A stretch of 64,000 nucleotides of DNA from Octopus vulgaris (Eukaryota): contig OX597817.1 in NCBI GenBank assembly GCA_951406725.2, positions 148,304,001 to 148,368,000 on the forward strand, given 5' to 3'. Of this stretch, positions 52,363 through 64,000 are shown one piece after another. The notes beneath the pieces were generated by a model. The model was not told where the DNA came from. It worked only from the letters and a program-made list of their open reading frames with translations, and searched no databases. The position numbers and the translations under genes are program-made. Numbering within the stretch: position 1 is the first letter of the stretch; every line of letters starts with the position of its first letter.

Positions 52363-53649
52363 GTATACATATATACATATACATAAATACATATATATAT
52401 ATATATATAAATACATACATACACACATATATACATATATATGGATATATAGATAGATAGATTCATACGGAGAGGCAGAGAGAGAGTGAGAGTGACAGAG
52501 AGAGAGTGACTGAGAATATGACGGCGTTAAACTGGAACCTGGTGCAATATTGTGAAAATAAAAATAAACACGAATATTGAGAAAGATTCACAATTCTATT
52601 TCGAAAATTAATCGAAAGATCAAATATATTCGCTCATAAAAATATATACGAGAACACGGTTTTTAAAATAAAATCCGTTCTGTGGGTTAAATTTGATATT
52701 ATAATATTAAAGGGTGCATGAAAAACATGATATATTCTCGGGTAGGGTGCATAAAAACTCTGAGCAGATTATATAACAGACAGAGTAAATAGTCCGTATT
52801 AGATGTAGAAAAATTTCACATAATGTAATCAACTTAGCAAAATGCCCTTTTAGCATGAGTTAATCTTACTTAAAATAAGAATTCTTGATATTATATTCCA
52901 GAACACATAGAAGCTAAAAGCGTCAATCGAGGGCATATTATTTTTTCATTATCTTATTGAGCTCAGCAGAGCTACAGAATAATAACAATGCAGATAAAAT
53001 ATATATTTGTGTATTTTTGCGAAAACCTTTACATATTCTGCCAAGAAGAGAAAATTGAAGAAAAAATTAAATTACTTTTAGGCAAACAGAATGAAATCAT
53101 TTCTGAGAAAGTAAATTCATGATTCCGACACTACCTTTCGATGAATTAGCGGAAAAAAATTATGAAGTAATACTCAAGTGGCAACTCAGAATATGATGAA
53201 CATTTTCTTTTTTTGTTACAAAATTTGCAAATTTGATTATGGTCTTCCACGTAAAAGTAAATGTGGCAAATTTGTTTTAGAAGGAAACACAATTATGGAA
53301 CGGCGGAATATGTTTTGGGAAATGAACTATCCCAAGCGGCACACCTTTTTACTCACATTACACTCTGTTAAAACGTTTTTATTTTAAATAATGATCTAGC
53401 CTTAGTTATGAAACTTTTACTGCGCAAAAAGTAATTGTAACATTTTTTATATTTAAAAATTTATGCAAATTGATTTGATGACTTGGTTACACTATATTTA
53501 ACTGTGCTGATGATATCTAATATAGCGGAACATGTCTATAGTTGTCCCTTAACAAACAAAATACTTTCCATTTCTTCACAATGAAAATTAATTTTTAGTA
53601 ACCTATTCGTAATTTCTTCGAACTTATACATAATACATTCCTCGGTGAA

Positions 53650-53810
53650 ACACTATCCCCTGGGACCTTGGATGCTTCCAGCTCAGTCCACTCTATTGCA
53701 GCCATATGGGCCAGGCTTCTCCAACGAGGGTATTTTCATCCCTCTCTCCAACAACACTTGGAAACCATGGAAATATCATGAGCTCTAATGTCTTCCAAGC
53801 TCTTTAAACA
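53650..53810 (-). mobile_element. Possible RTE LINE 3' remnant
   Basis: GC-richer island; minus translation RWRSLAHMAAIEW weakly resembles RTE C-termini. Confidence 0.25.
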
Positions 53811-55021
53811 ATGACATTAATAAAAATACATTTCTGTGTCCCGTATATCTCCTGCTTGGTTTTTGTTCCTTTCCTCCATCTTTAAATTGGAATTTCAATT
53901 AATTACATAAAACATTCAGTACTTACGTTACTGTTTAAATAACTATCCAAATTCCTGTCATGTGTTTATTTAAATAATGTCCCTTAGCTTACTAATTTTA
54001 TAACTGGATTCAGTCTGATTTGATTTTCGGGTAAAGAAGACACGATTCAAAAACGAACCGAATTTTGAATGTCATCCAAAATAATTCGCAAGTGATGTGT
54101 CCCTGAGACACTGGGATGGGTGAGAAGTTAAGGAGCAATTAATTCGATAAAGATGTACCTACTGCCATACATTTCTAGCTTGTAAAAAAAACTTCGCCTG
54201 GAAGTACTGAAGCCCCAGCTTATTTTATAATCTAAGAGAAAAATAGGTGTCAATGGTTACCATATTCATTTTATAGACTACATAAAGTTCCACGTTTATT
54301 AATGTGTTCACAATATACATTGTACATAGGCTTCAAAAACAAAAAGGAACTTTACACAAAGAAACACGTGTTGGTAATGTGTGACACTTTATATCCGCCA
54401 CAATTCTTTGGTAGGGCAATAAAAATGGTGCATTATATCGAAGCTGCGATATAGTAAACCAGATTGTTGCATACCCTCTAGTTATATGCCTATGACTGTC
54501 TATTCGTTAGCCTAAGGCAAACAGCCGAAGGAGGAATCAAAGCATTGCCAATAGAGTTTAAAGTGATCATCGTCTCATATTTCTTGAACAACGAATGTCA
54601 AATAATTTCCTTTTTACTTTAACCAGAGGTCGAATGATTTGAATCTAATTAAGTTTATATATTATATTGCATATTTTTAATAGTGTTACTTGATGTAATA
54701 TATAAGATAAAAGATAGTAGTCCTGCACTACAGCGAATTTCATGAAAAGTGTTATCAAGTTTGAGAGCGATGTTTTTAACGCAGATGGAGCAGTAAATAC
54801 TCAAATTTTAGATTTATACCGATAAAAGTTGAGGGAACAATTCCCTTTACGTGTGATATTGTTTAGGGTTTTTATGGACGTTTGCATTGGACTTCTATTC
54901 TATTGCTTTGTAAGACATTTGTTATTAATACCAATTATTTTCATATGCTTTATATGAAGTAGAACGTGTATCGTGTGCATTTACCTTGTAATACATTTCA
55001 TTCGATAGCATTGCTGCAAAT

Positions 55022-55608
55022 AATCCTTTCCACTAAAGGCACGTGGCCTGACATTTTGAAGTAAGTGGTCCAGTTGATTACATCGACACCAGCACGCAAC
55101 TGGTACCTAATTTATCGACCCCGAAAGCGCGAAATGCAAAGTCGACCGCGGCAAGATACCGCTAAGCATGTCAACCAGTGCGCTAACGCTACTTATTTCT
55201 TTGTTGCTCACAAGGGGCTAAACACAGCGAGGACAAACAAGGACAGACAAACGGATTAAGTTGATTATATCGACCCCAGTGCTTAACTAGTACTTAATTT
55301 ATCGACCCCGAAAGGATAAAAGGCAAAGTCGACCTCGGCGGTATGTGAACTCAGAACATAACGGCAGACGAAATACCTATGTCTTTACTACCCACAAGAG
55401 GATAAATACAGAGGGGACAAACAAGGACAGACACACGGATTAAGTCGATTACATCGACCCCAGTGCGTAACTGGTACTTATTTAATCGACCCCGAAAGGA
55501 TTAAAGGCGAAGTCGACCTCGGCGGAATTTGAATTCAGAACGTAGTGACATACGAAATACCACTAAGCATTTCGCCGGCCTACTTAACGATTCTGCAAGC
55601 TCGCCGCC
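55022..55608 (-). mobile_element. Cluster of three nested/tandem family A SINE units
   Basis: Core TTTATCGACCCCGAAAG..AGTCGACC repeated at about 55110, 55300 and 55482; only the last unit keeps the full head. Confidence 0.88.
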
Positions 55609-55633
55609 CTCATTACTGCATATAGATGCACAC

Positions 55634-56075
<442 letters not shown>

Positions 56076-56345
56076 TTGGCCTGCTACGGTGGAGCTGGGC
56101 AATATTCGGTGGGGAATGTATTGTTAGGTCTTTCTCTGTGTAGATTACGAGATTGCCGTTATCAGCTTGGAGAAGAACGTGAATGAGACACATGAAAGCT
56201 TTTATTACTATAACGACGAATGTTGAAGTGGTTTCTTGTTGTATGGTTACGATGCAGATACATCGCTATGTGCAAAGGCTTGCAACCTTACAATAACAAA
56301 GGAAACATTGAAATGAAGTGTTAGTGCCTGCGTAATATGCATACA

Positions 56346-56438
<93 letters not shown>

Positions 56439-56705
56439 AATGTAGGAGACATAACCAGCGATGAGGAGTCCAAACATGAAATGTGTTCAGGAAGTGGTCG
56501 TATTGTCCCGCGTTCATTTCCACTATAAGTAGGTATATGACGGCGAGCAAGCCGAAACTTCGAAGTCACGGTCGAAATTTTCTTTGTAAATGTTAAGAAA
56601 TATGCACTCAACCCAAATTATAGAGTAGCACTTCAGTTTGATGTCGATTTGTTATATAACTTGACAAACGCAACATCAGTATATATACATATGTATATAT
56701 ATGTT

Positions 56706-56736
<31 letters not shown>

Positions 56737-56747
56737 ATGTAAGTATG

Positions 56748-57040
<293 letters not shown>

Positions 57041-57169
57041 ATATATATTGATATTAAATGTGACCTCGTGTGTACCCTTGGCGATTTTTTTTCCTCTCTC
57101 TTCCCTTCCCTAGATCTTATATATATATATATATGTATATATATATGTGTGTGTGTGTATATATATATA

Positions 57170-57242
<73 letters not shown>

Positions 57243-57289
57243 GTATATCCATATATGTTTTCCTTCATATGCATAATTTTCATTTATTC

Positions 57290-57452
57290 ATTCTTTTTCA
57301 TTCTCTCAGTTTATTTTCTCTTATTCCTTTCTGTTGAAGAGCTTAGTCTCAAAACGTAAAAGTTTTTTTCATTTTCTCGAGCGTCAAACTAATACACTTG
57401 CTTGTTGTTCATACACCTATCCTTGTCTCTTCTTTTTCTATAAATCTCAACT
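57290..57452 (+). mobile_element. HHR-bearing pLTR-like short element (CUGUUGA subfamily)
   Basis: CTTT-CTGTTGA-A-GAGC-TTAG-TCTC-AAAACGTA-AAAG (G12 mutated); ends in (TA)n. Confidence 0.68.
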
Positions 57453-58052
57453 ATATATATATACGAAACATGCTGTCGTTTACAAATCAATATACCGATT
57501 TCTTTCTCTTCATATCTTATTCACTTCTTATAGTTTTTAATTTAGAGTGAATTAGGCAAAATATGCCAAAGAAGGAATTAATGGTTTATATAAATTTAGT
57601 GTCAAGTACCTCGCGTACACTTAATAAAGCAATTACAAGTCCACCAATGACAAGAAAATTTAAAGTTGAACTCAACAAACAAAAACGGAATATTTTTTTT
57701 ACAAACTTTTAGTCTCAAATATCATCTGTTTCCCCAACTCGTCATAACTCGTTAACAATATCATTAATTATCGTTGATACACAAATTTGTGTCAAGATAT
57801 TTTCAACTTTGAAATATATCTTAAAAAGTATTTGAAAAAATGTTCTAGATTATCACTGATACAAAATCTAACAGGGGAACTCAGGTATGAACGTGTTGCA
57901 AGGAGTTCGTTTCATAACAGCGAAGGTAAGAACCGGAACATACTGTTGAGCACTTCAAAGAAAGTGTCTTCTTCCGATTTTCATAGAATACCCAAGAGTT
58001 GTCTGTTACATCGTGTAGACAAAAAATACAAGCAAGCGCTTTGGAAAGGTTT

Positions 58053-58437
58053 TGGAAGCACTCCGTCGGTTACGCCGATGAGGGTTCCGGTTGATCCGAA
58101 TCAACGGAACAGCCTGCTCGTGAAATTAACGTGTAAGTGGCTGAGCACTCCACAGACACGCGCACCCTTAACGTAGTTCTCGGGGATATTCAGCGTGACA
58201 CAGAGAGTGACAAGGCTGGCCCCTTGAAATACAGGTACAACAGAAACAGGAAGTAAGAGTGAGAGAAAGTTGTGGTGAAAGAGTACAGCAGGGATCACCA
58301 CCATCCTCTGCCGGAGCCTCGTGGAGCTTTTAGGTGTTTTCGCTCAATAAGCACTCACAACGCCCGGTCTGGGAATCGAAACCACGATCCTATGACCGCG
58401 AGTCCGCTGCCGTAACCACTGGGCCATTGCGGCCCCA
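58053..58437 (-). mobile_element. SINE family C head with an alternative (non-V) body, full length
   Basis: Head CGCAATGGCCCAGTGGTTACGGCAGCGGACTCGCGG..GGTTTCGATTCCC; 14-bp TSD CTTTGKAAAGGTTT at 58039-58052 and 58438-58451. Confidence 0.92.
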
Positions 58438-58773
58438 CTTTGTAAAGGTTTAATTAGCCCTCGGTGGTAGTTCTAATCTGTCTCTTAATTAAACACGTGC
58501 CCTTGCAATAGAGTGATCTTGACGTAACTCATTCTAAAGAGAGCATTCAGGAAAAGTTATCAGTTACCCGCCATCTATTTTTTGATAAACTCCTCAGTAC
58601 TACCATCTATTTCGCATATTTTTTGCATGTTCTGGAATTCCATGATGTCTGTCTACACTCTTTAGATTCTCCTGAAATGCCTGGCACTTGTATTCTTACC
58701 CACCTTCCTCTTTTTCTTGATGATATGTGTCTTTTGTTTTAATATTTGTATATTTATATCTTTTGTTTTCATA

Positions 58774-58959
58774 GGCACAGGAGTGTCTGTGTCGTGGGCG
58801 CAGGAGTGTCTGTGTGGTAAGTAGCTTGCTTACCAACCACATGGTTCCCGGTTCACTCCCACTTGGGCAAGTGTATTCTACTATAGCCTCGGGCCGACCA
58901 AAGCCTTGTGAGTGGATTTGGTAGATGGAAACTCAAAGCCCGTCTTATATACGTATATG

Positions 58960-59029
<70 letters not shown>

Positions 59030-59236
59030 TGTGCCTGTGTTTGTACCCCCAACATCGCTAGAGAACCGATGCTGGTGCGTTTATGTACCCGTAACTTAGC
59101 GGTTCGGCAGAAGAAACTGATAGAATAAGTACTAGGCTTACAAATAATAAGTCCTAGAGTCGATTTGCTCGACTAAAGGTGGTGCTTCAGCATAGCCGCA
59201 GTCAAATGACTGAAACAAGTAAAAGAGTAAAAGAGT
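58774..59236 (+). mobile_element. SINE family B, full length, with internal (TA)n(TG)n and duplicated 5' end
   Basis: GGCRCAGGAGTGTCTGTGT twice, B box GGTTCACTCC, tail GGTGGTGCTTCAGCATAGCCGCAGTCAAATGACTGAAAC(AGTAAAAG)n. Confidence 0.92.
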
Positions 59237-62059
59237 CTATTGATGACCATGTACGGTGAACAGGCCAACCAGTCTCATTCTCTGTTAAGTTACCGTGTTT
59301 TGGCACCTTTTTCATAATTGTCATTGTAAAACTTTCTTTGTTCTCTGAATCCTGCATTTTCTTACCAGTGCTTTTGAATTATTCTCTGAATCCGGTTTTT
59401 TTCTGCCGAGAAAATTTTGCATTAACAGCATTACGATTCTGGTGTAGAAACTTGTCGAATAAAAAATTTAAAAAAAAACTTTACATGATAACGATGTAAA
59501 TCTGCACCGTTCTCTCTTATGCTTCGGACGTAAATAGTATATTGTAATTGAATATAAATTCAATATGAATAAAATTTTGAAATGCGTCTTTCTGTCTACA
59601 TTGGAGGAAAACAACCGAAACATAATAGAATTAGGATTTTGGAGAATTTTTGCAAATGTGCTATTATTGTTTTCGGAATGTATTATTGCACCATAAATGT
59701 TCAGCTTACGTACATCCCTTCTTAGTTGAAGTGCGATCAGAAAATTATGAGTTCACGTCTGGCTGTACAATTACCTTTTATTAGCGATACTTCGGCAAAG
59801 TTACAGTCTACTGGTTTCAGCCATAAAAAACGTAAATGATTTGATTTACATCTAACCCACTTTTGTTATAGATGATTCAAGGGGGCGAGAAGAATATAAA
59901 AGAAAATAAAGGTAAATATATCGCGAGAGGTTATTGTCTCACGATTTGAAATTTCTAGTCCCCAACGCTTCCATTTATGACATAAAATATTTGCTTATCA
60001 TTTTAGTGTTATTTTAAGTTTATTTAGTGAAAACTCTAATTAAATAAATAATATGTAATATGAGGGATTATGCCCAATGAATGAAACAATTACATCAAAT
60101 ACAGGACAATCCATAAGCCTATGAAACAGCCATGCAGTTCTTTTTTTTTTTACTGAGAATGCTTTATTATTAGTTGATTAACCCTGACATGAGTACTAAA
60201 TACATATGTCAGATCCTGTATCTTAGAGGGACAATATTTTATATGCTATATAATGTTTCACTTTCAGCATTTATTAAGTTTTAGACAGGAACATAAACTT
60301 TATGGAAATTAGGATTGGATTAGCGAAAACAAACCAGACGGATGCAGAATTTATTTAAATCAGATTGACTTAAAACTTCCGTAATTTCAAAGGTCTTGAG
60401 TTTCGTAACAGAATGAAATTCACGGTCGTAAGCTGCTTATTTATAAGGGATTAAGAATGACTTAAATATTTTCTGAAGCTGTAAAATGACGCAAACATTT
60501 TCTATAGTTTTACATTTTTGGTGTCAATATATCTGTCATTGACAGAGACTTTTCAATAACAATGAATTTTAAATAGATTTTGGATCTCACTTAATTAGTT
60601 CGGAGAGAATAATGTAGAAGTCGCATGCATGAGATCTCGCCCAGTTTTGTATATCATTAACGATTTGAGTGGTCAATATACATTTTTTACAACACCAAGT
60701 ATGATATTTTGGAATAATATTACATGTGGGATGCTAGGGAGTATTGAGTAATGACGAGCGCTATACTTTTAAAAAAATAGATGTAAATCAAGAATGATAT
60801 TTAAAATATTTGAAACTTAAAATGGCATACGTTTGAACTCCAAATATAAAACAAAAGTCCTTATACACTCTAGATGTAGCAGTAATAACCATGCACAATG
60901 ATTTTCCCATATTTGTCTTTCATTACATCAGAAGTGACACGGGATCAACTTCAAGATTCTTAAATAATTAATACCATATATATAAGATATTAATATGTTC
61001 AGTCTGGGGATTTTTTATGATATATTCTTGCAAATCTTTACCTAGAAAAATGTACTTGAATAGCTATCGAACAGCATTTTAGAATTCCCTTCGAATAACG
61101 TGTCGCCATAGTTTTACCGAATTTTACTTACATAAAAATCAACCATAACCAAATCAGGTTAGCATTCTCGTCAGAACCATCAGACTCTATTCATAACACC
61201 TTCTTCACTCAATTAGATTTCGTATAAATATACTGCAACATCTTTAGTAATGACACGTATTTTATTATATTTCCTTGAAAATAATACCTCACATTTGATA
61301 TTTCAAAACACTTAAATCAAAATATAATTTTCAGTCTGTTTATTTAGACTGTTAGGTATATTTAACATAATACGTTGTGTAACATTGATAATACCATTTC
61401 GTTTCTTGCTAGGACCACCACGTAAATAATGTAAAACTAATCTAATTTGTCTTAGATGTTAAAAGAAAATCAAAAGAAACCTGAGAAGTATTGTTTTTGT
61501 AAGAAAGTGTTCAACATTTTGAAATAGTATACTTTTATTAAATGTCTCAGATTGAAATCGAGCACTGTAACTGAAAGAAAAGCATCGTGTAAGTCCCAGT
61601 CGAGCCATTTAATTTTACCCAAACGCTCTTAAAATTCAACAGCTTATGGGTGTCAGCAATTATTTGGTTATGGAACCCTTCGATTCCTATATTACTACTC
61701 ATTGCCATTTGATGTTGAAAAGAGCTTATATTTTTATAATTAAATACCATTAGGAATTATATAAAAAGTTGTAAAAATACGTCGTGTATTGTAGAAGTGT
61801 GATTAATATATTCCACATAAATTTTAACAACGAAATCTTACATGGCCGCCAGGTTGAGAAAGATTGTGTTAAATTAATGCTCAATTTATTATATAAATCC
61901 CAAATACTTTCGTCGAGTAATAGCTTCTCATTAAATCGTTATCAATGATCAGTTCTTGCAGGTTTCCGTCTTTGTTTTGCTTTTACTTTCTTTTAATGAG
62001 TATAAATTGGTGGAGTCATTTGCGGGTCATCATCAATAATCCTGAACTTACTTTCAACC

Positions 62060-62195
62060 AAACTCACGCATAAGGCATTGGTCCTGCTGCAGCTATTATA
62101 GAAGAGACTTGGCTAAGATACTGCGTAAAGGGACTGAAATTGATATCGCATGATTTCAAAGCGAGCCACTTAACCACAGAGATATGCCTGCGCCT
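62060..62195 (-). mobile_element. Old SINE family B head
   Basis: Minus AGGCGCAGGCATATCTCTGTGGTTAAGTGGCTCGC..TTCAGTCCC. Confidence 0.65.
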
Positions 62196-63459
62196 AAAAT
62201 TAATTTCTCCTCCTTGGATTCAAAATCGAGCCGTTTAGATGACAGCCAGGAATCCTTATATTTATAAACAGCGAACAGAAAACTAACGTTCAAGAAGACA
62301 GAATAAAAAAAAATAAACTTGGAATTATGTCAATGATATGCGCAGTATATAATATTGAAACTGGAAGTGACAAATGATGACTGACCGATGTCCATGAGGG
62401 CAAAGTGTGTATACATGAACACAACAAAAGCATATGGGTTTAAGTTGAAGAAGAAACAGAAAAAATGAAAAGAAAATACAACAGGGGTCTAAAAGAACTG
62501 ACTAGTAGCAAACATTCAAACAGTTGCATTAGAACTGTGTCAGTGCCTAGGCGGAATTATGCGACAAAAATTTCGATATGTCACAAAATAAATTAAAAGT
62601 GAATTTAATAGGTTTTTATGCTAAATGATTAAAATGATTCCTCCGTACAATAATTGGTGATTTTATCATAGAATACCAGAATGTTCCTTTTTGCCTTAAA
62701 TATAATCACAGCAGGTGATTAGGTTCATACGGAGAGCAATTTCACTAGAAGTATCACCTATTTATCTTTTTCTTATTAGTATTTATCATTTCTATTATTT
62801 AAAAATGTAACAGAATCGATTAAAAGGAATAATCGCTACTTATACGCGTGAGCGTCATTTTTCTTGAACTAGAAGCCAAAGGTTGAACTATTGATACGAG
62901 CGTAAACTTTTTAATATTCTGTTAAAGCAGAGTTTCTCAAGATACGGAAATTGAGAATTGCACATGTTACATATCAAAGGACCTTTTTGAATACGTCAGT
63001 GCAAATTGATAATGCTCGCTTCGACAGTTTCTCGTAAAAATCCATGAAGTTATCCGACGAGCAAAAGAGATTTTCTTAATGTCGGAATAAATACACTTTT
63101 ATATGCAGAAGCTAATGCGAATGAATACATTTTGTAAACAAATGTGCTTACTTTGTTTGATAATAAGAGGAAATATGCATGACACTAACGGGTTAGAGAT
63201 TACAATATGTAAAATACATGAGGTTATTCCGACAGACAGCGTGTATGTAAGATTTGAAATGAATGCTCTTATAAGAGATTGTTTGAGGTATTGTTGTATT
63301 TCTTTAAGAAGGAAAAGAATAAAGATGACGATAATTGAGCACGTATGTTATTATCTGTCAGGTTACTGGGTTTACAATCATGCTTTGTATATCATCCTTC
63401 TCTCATTCCGTGAATATTAATACCGAAAGTTGAGTGATTATAAATGACTTTATTTGTAT

Positions 63460-63692
63460 TATACACATTGCTACATACACATACACTCCTATATACATAC
63501 ACGCATACACATATATAGCACATACACGCACATACACGCACAAATGTATACACAAAGAGCACACACACACACGCAGAAATTTATATACATACATATATAT
63601 GTGTGTATATATATGTACATATATATATGTACATATATATATGTATATATATGCATGTATATGTATATATATATATATATGTATATATATAA

Positions 63693-63730
<38 letters not shown>

Positions 63731-63765
63731 GTATATATGTATGTACGTATGCATGTATGTATAGG

Positions 63766-63812
<47 letters not shown>

Positions 63813-63940
63813 TGTATATATATATATATACACATACACACATAGACACACAAACTCTTTCACGCACACAAACACATATATATATATATATATACATATA
63901 TACTTACATACATACACATACATATATGTATACATATGCA
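63460..63940. repeat. Degenerate TA/CA/TACA microsatellite field
   Basis: Read directly. Confidence 0.92.
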
Positions 63941-64000
63941 ATTGATTCCACGCATACGTGTAACCTTATAACCGTAAGCGATAACAATCTTTCTAGATAT

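Noticed and set aside
61530-61750. Minus-strand 67-aa ORF with an acceptor-like TTTTCTTTCAG and nearby AATAAA
   Set aside because: No recognisable protein similarity; such signals are common by chance in AT-rich DNA.

Overview
AT-rich eukaryotic (animal) DNA, intergenic or intronic, with no confidently identifiable host protein-coding gene. The SINE families and the extreme (TA)n/(TATC)n/(CA)n load resemble octopus (cephalopod) genomes; this assignment is inferred from recognition, not from a search. Almost all ORFs in the supplied track are microsatellite artefacts. Real content: many tRNA-derived SINEs (three head families), Tc1/mariner remnants and MITEs, CR1- and RTE-type LINE 3' ends, an R4/Dong-type RLE retrotransposon sitting in a (TAA)n tract, Penelope-like element (PLE) RT/GIY-YIG remnants, a Helentron-like element, a fold-back element, and one full-length 5S rRNA copy fused to a SINE-type 3' tail. 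The most notable signal is a dispersed set of short non-coding elements, mostly lodged in (TA)n tracts, that carry type I hammerhead ribozyme (HHR) motifs, usually with a palindromic stem III. They occur as more-than-unit-length direct repeats (533+71 bp; 456+178 bp), as long head-to-head palindromes (318 bp; 304 bp) and as solo fragments with family-fixed core variants. This is consistent with PLE pLTR-derived, retrozyme-like RNAs mobilised in trans. All structures were folded and aligned by eye.
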